The notes below the pieces were generated by a model, which saw only the letters and a program-made list of their open reading frames with translations, was not told the DNA's origin and ran no database searches. A DNA stretch of 64,000 bases from Solirubrobacterales bacterium (GTDB lineage: Bacteria; Bacillota; Syntrophomonadia; Syntrophomonadales; DTU052), in assembly GCA_050258755.1 (NCBI GenBank), contig JBLMZI010000012.1, positions 38,768 to 102,767 on the forward strand. The letters run 5' to 3'. The first letter of the stretch is position 1. Each line of letters opens with the position of its first letter. Positions 19,012 through 28,105 of this stretch are shown here, one piece after another. Made by a program: the position numbers and the translations under genes.

Positions 19012-19626
19012 ATGGGCAGCGGTCAATTGTTTCAAGGGGTTTATTCGGCGGATAAGTATCAATCGGGAAATCCGATCGCACGCGCGATGGTCAACCATTT
19101 CCTCGCTTCGGTTTCGGACTTTGCCAGGCGAACCGGCGCGTCCCGGGTCCATGAAATCGGCTGCGGCGAGGGGCAGATCTGCGGAATCCTCGCCAATCAG
19201 GGTTTTACAGTTAGAGGCTGCGACTTGTCGGAAGCCTCGCTGGCGGTTGCCCGGTCCGAAGTTGAGCGGAGCAATCTGAATATTGAACTCAAATGTGCCA
19301 GCATCTACGAATTGGATCCAGCCATTGATGCGGAAGAGCTCATAATTTGCTGTGAAGTTCTGGAACATCTTGAGGAACCGGATAAGGCACTGCAGAAGCT
19401 TCGCCAAATCGCCAAACCGTATTTGATTGTCAGCGTTCCGAACGAACCGCTGTGGCGGATTCTGAACATGGCCAGAGGGAAATACCTTCGGGATTTCGGC
19501 AACACCCCGGACCATATTCAGCACTGGTCCCGGGGGGCGTTTATTCGGTTAGTAGAGCAATATGCGGATGTTCTTGCGGTGAAAAACCCGATCCCGTGGA
19601 CGGTTTTACTCTGTAAGGTTCGATAA
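19012..19626 (+). CDS. Class I SAM-dependent methyltransferase
   Basis: VHEIGCGEGQ (motif I) and CCEVLEHLEEP. SD GGAGGG lies 5 nt before the ATG at 19012; the track ORF starts at 18979. Confidence 0.8.
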   Translation: MGSGQLFQGVYSADKYQSGNPIARAMVNHFLASVSDFARRTGASRVHEIGCGEGQICGILANQGFTVRGCDLSEASLAVARSEVERSNLNIELKCASIYELDPAIDAEELIICCEVLEHLEEPDKALQKLRQIAKPYLIVSVPNEPLWRILNMARGKYLRDFGNTPDHIQHWSRGAFIRLVEQYADVLAVKNPIPWTVLLCKVR

Positions 19627-19675
19627 ACGATTTGCCGCCTGAGTGCGGTAGTGTCGGGAAGGAGATGACTGTTTA

Positions 19676-20617
19676 ATGAGACTCCTTGTTGCGATTCCCT
19701 GTCTGAATGAGGAAGACTCTATTCAAAATGTGATTGAACGGATTCCCCGGCAAATTGACAGCGTTGATTCAATTTCGGTGCTGGTGATTGACGACGGGTC
19801 AACCGATGCCACCGTGGAGGTTGCCAAGCGATCGGGAGCGGCGGTCATTCAGCATTACACCAACTACGGTGTCGGTTATGCTTTCAACTCGGCGCTGAAT
19901 TATGCGATTGAAAAAGGGTACGACATTATGGTGAATATTGACGGGGACGGGCAGTTTGATCCGGCGGACATTCCGAGGCTGGTCCAGCCAATCGTTGATA
20001 AAATGGCCGATTTTGTCACTGGCTCACGCTTCTTTGACCGCGGGCCAATCGAAAACATGTCCAAGGTTAAGCTGTATGGGAACTATGCCATGTCTTACCT
20101 GATCGGAAGGCTTTGTCAGCAGAAGTTCAAAGATGTTTCGTGCGGTTTTCGGGCGTATTCCCGGGAGACACTGTTAAACCTGAATTTACATGCTCACTTT
20201 ACCTACACGCAGGAGACCTTTTTGGATCTGTCGTCCAAAAGCATTCGCATCGTCGAAGTGCCGATCCAGGTCAAGTACTTCAAAGACCGGCAGTCCAGGG
20301 TGGCGAGAAGCATCTGGGACTACTTCAAAAAGACTTCTTCAATTATCCTGACTGTATACCGGGATTACTACCCGATGCGGTTTTTTGGAAATCTTTCCGC
20401 CTTGTCAGGATTGATCGCCTTATTATTCGGGCTGCTGTTCTTCTGGCACTTTTATAACACCGGGCAATTCAGCGGGTACTTGTTTGCCGGCTTTCTTTCC
20501 GGGTTTTTTATCGTGCTGTCCCTGGTTTTTGCGCTGAGTGCCGTTGCTATGGACATGCTGGTGCGCATCCGGAAAAACCAGGAAAAGATGCTGTATCTGA
20601 TCAAGAAAAAGGGCTGA
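19676..20617 (+). CDS. Family-2 glycosyltransferase with C-terminal TM helices (polyprenyl-phosphate sugar synthase-like)
   Basis: VAIPCLNEEDSI, VIDDGSTD and NIDGDGQ motifs, with two C-terminal hydrophobic helices. Confidence 0.85.
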   Translation: MRLLVAIPCLNEEDSIQNVIERIPRQIDSVDSISVLVIDDGSTDATVEVAKRSGAAVIQHYTNYGVGYAFNSALNYAIEKGYDIMVNIDGDGQFDPADIPRLVQPIVDKMADFVTGSRFFDRGPIENMSKVKLYGNYAMSYLIGRLCQQKFKDVSCGFRAYSRETLLNLNLHAHFTYTQETFLDLSSKSIRIVEVPIQVKYFKDRQSRVARSIWDYFKKTSSIILTVYRDYYPMRFFGNLSALSGLIALLFGLLFFWHFYNTGQFSGYLFAGFLSGFFIVLSLVFALSAVAMDMLVRIRKNQEKMLYLIKKKG

Positions 20618-20668
20618 TTTTCTGACAGGCAAACAGGGTAATAAATCGTTTCGTTTTAAGGATGAACC

Positions 20669-21973
20669 ATGAATGTGCTAAAGCGAATCAAAACGGATTC
20701 AGTCAACAGCTTTGTGGACGAAAAATTTGCCCGGGGTGTTGCCTGGAATCTGATCAGCTTCGTGATCATGGGGATTGCCGGGGTTCTTCTGAACGTGGTG
20801 ATTGCCCGGTTTTACCCGCCTGAAACCCTTGGCGTTTTCAACATATTTTTCGCGTCATATGTCGTCATATCCCAGGCGTCGGTATTGGGGCTGCACGCAT
20901 CGGTGCTGCGCCATACGACGCTTTACGCGGCTGATCGAAAAACCTTATCGACGCTGGTTACTTCAGCGCTCGTGCTGACCGCCGCGTCTTCCGGCATTAC
21001 CTGCGCAATTCTCTGGCTGGGCAGAAATCTGCTCGGCAGCATCTTCGGCTCACCCGGTGTTTCGGTGGCCTTCACAGCTGGTATGCTCGGCATGTTCTTT
21101 TTCCCGATTAACAAGGTTCTTTTGTCTCATTTGAACGGATTGCGCCGTATGGCGTCTTTTGCCGTCGGAAATTCCTCGCGCTACCTCTTGATTATTATTG
21201 CGGTCATCTGCCTTTACGGCTTCAAACAGCCGGGCAACACCCTAACAGCCTCATTTTCCATTGCCGAAGGCTTTCTGTTTGTCTACCTGATTGCGGCCAA
21301 CTGGCGCAATTTGGGGATCGGAGACCCTGGGGACTGGGGCTTTTGGGTGAAAAAACACTTGAGTTTCGGCATCCGCGGGATGTTCGGCGGGATTTTGAAC
21401 GAGCTGAACTCGCGCATCGATATTTTGGTGGCCGGATTGTTCCTGGATGTTAAAACCGTGGGGATCTACAGTTTCGCTGCGTTTATTGCCATGGGGATCA
21501 GCCAGGTGCTGAATGTTTTTCGTTCCAATTACGATCCGATTATCGCCAGACTCAGCCATGAGGGCCTTTTAGATGACCTTCACAGCATGATCAGCAAGGG
21601 CAAGATGACCGTATTGAAAGGGATGCTGGCAGTTGCGATCCTGGGGATTGGACTTTATCCCTGGATCATTCCGCGGGTTACCGGTGGAAACGAATATGAT
21701 TCAAGCTGGCTGCCGTTCGCAATCCTGATGTTTGGAATTTGGATGCGCTCCGGATTTACACCCTTTGAAGGATTGCTGGTGCAAAGCGGACACCCGGCCA
21801 AACAATCAGGCCTGATTTTAAGCGTTGCCTTCGTGAGTTTGGTGGGCAATTTATGCTTCATTCCGCTCTGGGGAATGGTTGGCGGCGCGTTGGCCTCCCT
21901 TGTTTCGCAAGTGTTTTTTATTTTCATGTTGAAGGCATTGGTCTACCGGGTATTTCACCGGAGTATGATTTAG
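20669..21973 (+). CDS. Polysaccharide biosynthesis / Wzx-like MOP flippase
   Basis: 434 aa with roughly 12-14 hydrophobic helices, adjacent to glycosyltransferases. Confidence 0.8.
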   Translation: MNVLKRIKTDSVNSFVDEKFARGVAWNLISFVIMGIAGVLLNVVIARFYPPETLGVFNIFFASYVVISQASVLGLHASVLRHTTLYAADRKTLSTLVTSALVLTAASSGITCAILWLGRNLLGSIFGSPGVSVAFTAGMLGMFFFPINKVLLSHLNGLRRMASFAVGNSSRYLLIIIAVICLYGFKQPGNTLTASFSIAEGFLFVYLIAANWRNLGIGDPGDWGFWVKKHLSFGIRGMFGGILNELNSRIDILVAGLFLDVKTVGIYSFAAFIAMGISQVLNVFRSNYDPIIARLSHEGLLDDLHSMISKGKMTVLKGMLAVAILGIGLYPWIIPRVTGGNEYDSSWLPFAILMFGIWMRSGFTPFEGLLVQSGHPAKQSGLILSVAFVSLVGNLCFIPLWGMVGGALASLVSQVFFIFMLKALVYRVFHRSMI

Positions 21974-22292
21974 CCCGTTTTTAAACGGGGACAAGAAGCC
22001 TGGGTAAATGGAAAATGCAGTGCTTTATGGCCTGTGAATCCAGGCGGTCCGCGCGTGAAAAGAAGCCGATTGCGCACCAAATTGGGTCAGTGCCATTCCC
22101 GGCTAACACTTGTTTTGATTAGATCGCAAAGGTTGAGCATTTTTTTTAATGTTAAATTATTGTCATTTTTCAGACAAAATGCAACAATAGACTAGGAATT
22201 TGTGGTATTTTGGACATAGTATCGTGTCGCAATCTAGGGTAAAACACTGCCAATATATATCAAACAATGCAATTATCAGGAGGTAATATTGG

Positions 22293-22796
22293 ATGGTCGA
22301 CCAGGCGGTTGTCACGTTTAGACGAGCACTGTTTGGATATAAGCCTGAAGAGGTTATCCAGGAAATACAGCGGCTTCAGCAGCTTCGTATCGAGAAAGAA
22401 GCCGAATATCGAGCGCAGGTAGAGCAGGCGCACGCAGAACAAAATAAACTGCTTTCCGAACTGGGAAGTCTGCGGGAACAATTAGATGAACTGAGAAAGC
22501 GTGAACGCGGAATGCTGGATGTTCTGGCCCGCGCACAGTCCAACGCATCCTCGATTGAGGAACAGGCCCGGTCCGAAGCGATGCGGATCATTACCGACGC
22601 GAGCCGGGAAATGGAACAAAAGCAATACCAGCTCGCGCGGCTGCATGACCACTATTTCCGCTTCCGGCAGGATTTTGTAGAGCTTCTTCAGCGTTACTCC
22701 GCTTCCATTCCGGAAGCGGCTTCCAGCATGCTCTCGAAGAGTTTTGAGCCGGGAAATCCGGACAAGGACAAGAATAACAAGGGCGTAATGGGCTAA
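22293..22796 (+). CDS. DivIVA-domain protein
   Basis: N-terminal FRRALFGYKPEEVIQEIQRL (DivIVA lipid-binding type motif) followed by coiled coil. SD AGGAGG upstream. Confidence 0.75.
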   Translation: MVDQAVVTFRRALFGYKPEEVIQEIQRLQQLRIEKEAEYRAQVEQAHAEQNKLLSELGSLREQLDELRKRERGMLDVLARAQSNASSIEEQARSEAMRIITDASREMEQKQYQLARLHDHYFRFRQDFVELLQRYSASIPEAASSMLSKSFEPGNPDKDKNNKGVMG

Positions 22797-22843
22797 ACGC
22801 TGCGTCCGTTTAAGCGCAGCAGGCACGAAAGTGCGGGTGATCG

Positions 22844-24043
22844 TTGATGCAGAAACAGTTTTTTGGACTGGCCCAAAAAAAAGTGAATCGCTACCTGGGC
22901 GTGCTCAAGAATAGGGTTGAGGACGTTCTTTTCAAGTTGGACAAACAGCGTGAAACGATGCTGCGCGATTTCGAGCGGATGACGAAGGAAAAGGAAACGA
23001 TTGAAGCCGAACTGGCCCGTGCACAGATGTATGCCAACCCGAAGCTGGACGTGCTGGTTCATAAAATGGCAGGCGACATTATTTTGGAGGCCCTGCAAAA
23101 GGCCGAAAAAATGAAGGCTGAAGCCATTGAAAAGACACAGTCCTTTACCCACGATAAAATCCAATTGGAAATGGATCTGGCCGATTTTATCGCCGACTTT
23201 TCGGATACTTTGGCTGATGCCCAGATGGTCCTTCAGCCAACACGCCAACCGGGCCAGACAGGCCGGAGTTCCAGAATCCGCACGCAGGAAGCCGCCGCGG
23301 AAGCTGCCGCAGCACGTAGTGACAAGATTATTCAATTCCCGAAGTCAAACATGAACGCCAATCCGGCCATCCGGCGGATTCACACCCGAATCCATGCGGA
23401 ATTCGGGGCTGGCCAGGATGACTTTACCGAAAGCCAGCCTGAGGTCTTTGCGCTCGCCAATTACCTTGATTTCATCCGAGTTGTTATGCTGGATTCCGAT
23501 CTGGATACGGAACCGAAAATCCGGCGGGCCACGGCAGAAGCTAACATCCGGGCCGACGGTTCTGTTGGCGAGTTTTCGGATTTGAGCATGAAGGCGATCG
23601 CGTTTTTAAATGCGAAGCATTATGTGGTTTTCAATAACAACAAAGGGCCGACTCACGGCCATTCCTGGCAGATTCAAATGGAAGCCGAAATTCCGTATGA
23701 TGCCAGTTCGGTCATTCGCTTCAATCATTTTGAGGAGATGCTGCGCTTCGCGCTGGAACCTTTCCAGCGCAAGGTGCTCAACGATATCGATCCGTTCGGC
23801 ACGGTTCAGCCGCTGACCGAAAATATTGCGATCTATATCTTCAATACGATGGACGAACAGCTCGAAGCCCACAACGCTCGGCTGAAAAAGATCTCGGTGT
23901 GGGAGAACCCCACCAAAGGGATCGAAGTCATGTCCCGGATTGCCAACTACTTTGGCACTGAAAAGGACGATATCGACGAAATGGACGAACAGGAAGCCGA
24001 TAACGACAAAGACGATGATTTCACCTTGGGGTTTGGGGAATAG
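22844..24043 (+). CDS. Fusion protein: DivIVA-like coiled-coil N-terminus plus a C-terminal 6-pyruvoyl-tetrahydropterin synthase/QueD-fold domain
   Basis: The C-terminus aligns by eye with QueD: AKH...THGHSWQIQMEAEI...VLNDIDPF...PLTENIAIYIF...ISVWENPTKG. The start is ambiguous (TTG 22844 or ATG 22847). Confidence 0.75.
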   Translation: MMQKQFFGLAQKKVNRYLGVLKNRVEDVLFKLDKQRETMLRDFERMTKEKETIEAELARAQMYANPKLDVLVHKMAGDIILEALQKAEKMKAEAIEKTQSFTHDKIQLEMDLADFIADFSDTLADAQMVLQPTRQPGQTGRSSRIRTQEAAAEAAAARSDKIIQFPKSNMNANPAIRRIHTRIHAEFGAGQDDFTESQPEVFALANYLDFIRVVMLDSDLDTEPKIRRATAEANIRADGSVGEFSDLSMKAIAFLNAKHYVVFNNNKGPTHGHSWQIQMEAEIPYDASSVIRFNHFEEMLRFALEPFQRKVLNDIDPFGTVQPLTENIAIYIFNTMDEQLEAHNARLKKISVWENPTKGIEVMSRIANYFGTEKDDIDEMDEQEADNDKDDDFTLGFGE

Positions 24044-24140
24044 CAACTGAATTCAGAAACGAAGCAGCAATTGTCGGATGGCGAGAACAGCCTCCGGCAT
24101 TCGTTTTTCTTGGCCGTCCAGGATTGGACCAGGCCGCTGC

Positions 24141-26708
24141 CTAGTGGGTATCGTGGGGATAGTCCACCAGTTTCCTTAGATCGACGGTTACCGGTGTGGT
24201 GCGGAAAGAGATATAAAGCGCGGCGAGCGCGGCCACAAGCGTTAAGATGGACAGATAGCGGCCGATGATATAAATTGGGGTATCCTTCAAAACCAGCGAG
24301 AAGGTGTGTTCGCCGCGCGGCAGCCGAACGATCGGATGATTCTCGTATCGGCCAGCGGGCAGCGGTTTTCCGTCCAAATACGTCTTAAATCCCTCCAGTG
24401 CCGCGACTGGAACGATAACATCGGTATCTTGATCGATCCGGTACGTCATTTTATAACCGAGTTTACTCCACGAATATGACTGCATCGGAATGATTTCTGG
24501 CTTGATGTATGCGGGCGAAAGTCCGAGATACTTTTTCAACAGTTTTTGCGCGTTTGCGTCATGCGTTAGAAAGACGTGATAGGCGATGTTTCCGCCCAAA
24601 AAGTAAATCGGAACATCTGGGGCCGCGTATTTAAATCCGATCAAGGCGGCTCTGCTCCCGTAACAATTGAATTCAACGAATTGTCCGTCCAAACACTGCG
24701 GGGCCAGAAAACGCCATGCGGGCTGGGCAAAAGGTTCCAGCGGGATGGTTTCATCGGTATAGGTGATAGCGGTGATCGGACGGGAGAAGGTGACAGATTC
24801 ACCATATACGCCAAAGAACTTGGGCTCTCCGGATAAAAGGTCAGCCGGAAATCCGGTGAGATCAACGATGACTTTCCCGCCGCCCATCGCATATTTCTTA
24901 ATCAGAGTCTCGGCTTGATGACGGGAAGACCAGGTCACACTGGTCAGGATCACCGTGTGATACGGCTTGAGGTCGGACAGGGTGTAATCGTTGAGATCGC
25001 CCGATGAAGCGGCTTCGACTTCGGGATAAAGCAGGGAATAAATAGTGGCCGCCCGGCCGATGGCAAGCGCGCGTTTCTCGTGTTTCACGAAATAGTGCCC
25101 AACGTCCTGCTTGTGCCAGTAGTCGATTCGCTGGTCCAGGATAATGGGGCGGTACCCGGCCCGATGAGCCAGGTTCCGAAAGGTCATTTTCGCTTTGATT
25201 TTCGAGTTGAAGACGACGATATCCGTGCTTCCCATAATATCCAAGCGGTGAAAGAGATAAGGATACCACCGCTTTTCGATTGCCTCGTTCAGCAGCATGA
25301 CGTTTTCAGCGGTCTTGGCGCCTTGCCAGGCCCACCCGAAGACCTGTTCCCGGTCAGACTTCGTGGAAAACCAGTAGGAGGGAACGGCACCGAAACGAGC
25401 CAGATCAAGGGCCGCCACTCGCCATCCCGGGTGCTTCGGGAGTTCCTTCAGAACATCATTGAGATACTTGGGGGGCGAAACCGTCCGGGCCAGTACGTTC
25501 ACGGACACAGCACAGTCGGCCGCCACCACAGCAAAGATCAACCCGGCAACGATAACGGCCGGGACCTGGCGTTTTATTCCTGGAAGCTTGACCGCCGGTG
25601 CGGCGAATGACAGGCCGGAAAGGATGAGAACCATACTCCAGAAAGTGGAGAATCGAATCGGCCATAAGTAAGATGACAGCGGCAACAGGCTGTGAATAGG
25701 CTGAAATATTGGGTTGTTCATGAACAGAAAGATGGTTCCGCAGATAAAAAGGCTTTTGGTCCAGGTGGAGCGCTTAGACCAGGTAAAGTACATCAGGAGA
25801 AAAACAACAATCATACTGATGCCCCAGTAGTCAGCCGTCCGAACGAACGGATTCATGGCTTTCCACATCGGGAGGAAGTCGGCGTTGGCGCCCATCGCCG
25901 AAGTGCTGAAGCCCGCGCCGCCTTCTGTTAGGGAAGGCAGCAGCCACCATGAGGCGGTAATCAGTCCGGTGGTTAGGGCGACTGCTCCGCGTACGATGGA
26001 CAAAAATTCGACACCGCCAAGAAACCAATAAATAATGGCGTAAATCATCAGTCCCACACAGTACGTGGCCGCGACCATCGGATGACAGAGGACAACGATG
26101 TGGGCCAGGACCATGATCAGGATGAAATAGAACCGCCAACGGGTTTCTTCAATGAGCAAAGTGAAGCAATAAAGCATAATGGGCAGAATTGCAATGGTTA
26201 ACGTTCGGGGGTAGTTCCCGGACAGGAAGTAAACGGTAAGATTATCACACCAGATGACCCACAGCGCGCCGCCCATTGCAGCGGGCCACAGCCCCATCCG
26301 CCGATAATAGATCAGCCAGGAGAGCCCGCCAAGGATGGAACAGATTGTAATGTAATACGCGACGGCGCGGAATACATTGTGGGTATGAAGGGATATAGCT
26401 GCAATGATAGAATAAGTAAGAGGCGCCCAGTATCGAAACGGCTGAACCCCCTCGTGCCAGAACGGGTAGAACTGGGGGAAATAGTTTCCCTGGCGCATTT
26501 GCTGGGCCAGGAATTCGGCTTTGAAGACATGGCACCAGGAGTCGGAACCATAAGGATACAGCGCGCTCTCCGGGGCGTGCAGCAACCGCCAGTAAGCGGC
26601 GAGGCCGATTGCGATGATGCCCGCGGCGGCAAGCAGAAACTGCCACCATCGGGCTTGATGGCGGTATTCGTTCAGGGCCTTGTTAGGATCCGGTGGGGCT
26701 GTTTGCAT
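24141..26708 (-). CDS. Large polytopic membrane protein with a C-terminal extracytoplasmic domain (GT-C-like; resembles the family annotated as PTPS-related membrane protein)
   Basis: 855 aa. About 13 hydrophobic helices in the first 480 aa, an early-loop motif YPYGSDSWCHVFKAEF, a soluble region of about 330 aa and a final TM anchor. Family assignment is from memory and not verified. Confidence 0.7.
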   Translation of the reverse strand: MQTAPPDPNKALNEYRHQARWWQFLLAAAGIIAIGLAAYWRLLHAPESALYPYGSDSWCHVFKAEFLAQQMRQGNYFPQFYPFWHEGVQPFRYWAPLTYSIIAAISLHTHNVFRAVAYYITICSILGGLSWLIYYRRMGLWPAAMGGALWVIWCDNLTVYFLSGNYPRTLTIAILPIMLYCFTLLIEETRWRFYFILIMVLAHIVVLCHPMVAATYCVGLMIYAIIYWFLGGVEFLSIVRGAVALTTGLITASWWLLPSLTEGGAGFSTSAMGANADFLPMWKAMNPFVRTADYWGISMIVVFLLMYFTWSKRSTWTKSLFICGTIFLFMNNPIFQPIHSLLPLSSYLWPIRFSTFWSMVLILSGLSFAAPAVKLPGIKRQVPAVIVAGLIFAVVAADCAVSVNVLARTVSPPKYLNDVLKELPKHPGWRVAALDLARFGAVPSYWFSTKSDREQVFGWAWQGAKTAENVMLLNEAIEKRWYPYLFHRLDIMGSTDIVVFNSKIKAKMTFRNLAHRAGYRPIILDQRIDYWHKQDVGHYFVKHEKRALAIGRAATIYSLLYPEVEAASSGDLNDYTLSDLKPYHTVILTSVTWSSRHQAETLIKKYAMGGGKVIVDLTGFPADLLSGEPKFFGVYGESVTFSRPITAITYTDETIPLEPFAQPAWRFLAPQCLDGQFVEFNCYGSRAALIGFKYAAPDVPIYFLGGNIAYHVFLTHDANAQKLLKKYLGLSPAYIKPEIIPMQSYSWSKLGYKMTYRIDQDTDVIVPVAALEGFKTYLDGKPLPAGRYENHPIVRLPRGEHTFSLVLKDTPIYIIGRYLSILTLVAALAALYISFRTTPVTVDLRKLVDYPHDTH

Positions 26709-26792
26709 GGTGCTCCTTTTAATTGCCGTAAGAATCCGTGACCGCTTGTCTTGTTTTCTATTGAATTAATTATATAAGGAGAATGAGATAAG

Positions 26793-27515
26793 GTGAAGCG
26801 AACGTGTGATGCTTCCAAGCGAAGCCTGGGGAAACGCGCCGGAATTATAGTCATCCTGGCGGTTTTGGGCTGCCTTTTTTTCGCTGCGCCAGCCATGGCG
26901 GCCCTGGCAGTCGACGGCAGTTTTGCTGACTGGACCGGCCAGCCAAACATTCCGGACGGCCTCGGTGATGCGGCAGCCTACGCAGATGTGGACGCCTTTT
27001 TCTATGCCAACAACCCAAATGATGAAAATCTCTATTTCATGATCAAGCGCAGGGATAACGGCTTAAACTATTCAAGCGCCGTTATTTATAAGATGCTCTT
27101 TGATATCGACCGTGACGGCAAGTATAACAAAAACACAGACCGATACGCCACCGTTTCCTACACACCGGGGAACAAAACGAATTTAGGGACCGTTAGCGTT
27201 GCCTTGTACCGGGGCAATGGCGGCAAAAGTATCGCTTCTTACAGCGGGACCTGGGGGGAGTCAAGCGCGGTCGGTGGGCAAAGATGCGAATTCTCTATTT
27301 CAATGGCGAATCTGGGAACCTACCCGTATAACCCGATTCATATCTACACGACCAGCATACCGAGCCTGTACAGCACGACAACGTTGGACCGGGTTCCGGG
27401 CACCTCTTATCTTCAGTGGTCTCCGATTCCCACGCTTGGTTGGGTGCTGTTGGGGGTATTTGTCGTCGGTGCGGTCATCTTTGGCGTTCGCCGTATGAGG
27501 ATGGCTGCACAATGA
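26793..27515 (+). CDS. Secreted protein with a Sec signal peptide and a C-terminal tripartite sorting signal (candidate exosortase substrate)
   Basis: N-terminus KRSLGKRAGIIVILAVLGCLFFAAPAMA-AL. C-terminus LQWSPIPTLG-WVLLGVFVVGAVIFGV-RRMRMAAQ. DxDxDG-type loop FDIDRDGKYNKNTD. The stop overlaps the next ATG (ATGA). Confidence 0.75.
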   Translation: MKRTCDASKRSLGKRAGIIVILAVLGCLFFAAPAMAALAVDGSFADWTGQPNIPDGLGDAAAYADVDAFFYANNPNDENLYFMIKRRDNGLNYSSAVIYKMLFDIDRDGKYNKNTDRYATVSYTPGNKTNLGTVSVALYRGNGGKSIASYSGTWGESSAVGGQRCEFSISMANLGTYPYNPIHIYTTSIPSLYSTTTLDRVPGTSYLQWSPIPTLGWVLLGVFVVGAVIFGVRRMRMAAQ

Positions 27516-28105
27516 TTAGCTGGTCGATTACCGCGGTCCTCTGGGCCGTCTCCGTTTTCTACATGTGGAAGCGCAAGATTTGGCTGCTGTATTATATCAT
27601 TGGCGCGGTGGGGTTTGCCTTGCTGGCCATCACCCTGATGCGGGGTACGGTGATGGAATTCACCCTGGCCCGGGGAACCACGATGATCCTTCACCGGCTG
27701 CTCAGCGGCATGGCCATCCCGTCCTATCTCTTTGAACAAGCCCCGCAGACGATTCTGGTGCTGATCGGGTTGGATAATGGCTGGACCACAATCAATATTG
27801 ACATCGAGTGTTCCGGGCTGCTGGAAGCGTGTGTACTGTCCGGGCTGATTCTCTTTTATCCCGGGTATGCGTTCAAACGCACGGTGTACTACACGGCGCT
27901 GGGACTGGCCATGCTGTATTTGGCCAACATCATCCGCATGATCACGATTATCGCCGTCATGGACGTAGGTGGCAGGGAATTGATCTATGTCTCCCATACG
28001 CTCATCGGCCGGCTGGTGTTTTTTGTCCTAATGATCGCCATTTACTGGTTCGTCTTAACCGGACCGTCACTTAGAATCATCAGGGATAAGGTGAAAGATG
28101 CTTGA
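27512..28105 (+). CDS. xrtG: Exosortase/archaeosortase-family intramembrane transpeptidase, Gram-positive XrtG-like
   Basis: Polytopic 197-aa protein with family-type Cys (IDIECSGL), Arg (LANIIRM) and His (VSHTLIGR) positions. The start at 27512 is coupled by ATGA to the upstream gene. The G subclass is inferred from gene neighbourhood as I remember it. Confidence 0.7.
   Translation: MISWSITAVLWAVSVFYMWKRKIWLLYYIIGAVGFALLAITLMRGTVMEFTLARGTTMILHRLLSGMAIPSYLFEQAPQTILVLIGLDNGWTTINIDIECSGLLEACVLSGLILFYPGYAFKRTVYYTALGLAMLYLANIIRMITIIAVMDVGGRELIYVSHTLIGRLVFFVLMIAIYWFVLTGPSLRIIRDKVKDA

Noticed and set aside
27395-27515. Reading IPTLG in the C-terminal signal as an LPXTG sortase motif
   Set aside because: The motif order differs (I-P-T-L-G versus L-P-x-T-G) and no sortase gene is in the window. 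The gene is ATGA-coupled to an exosortase-family gene. Sortase processing is not strictly excluded.
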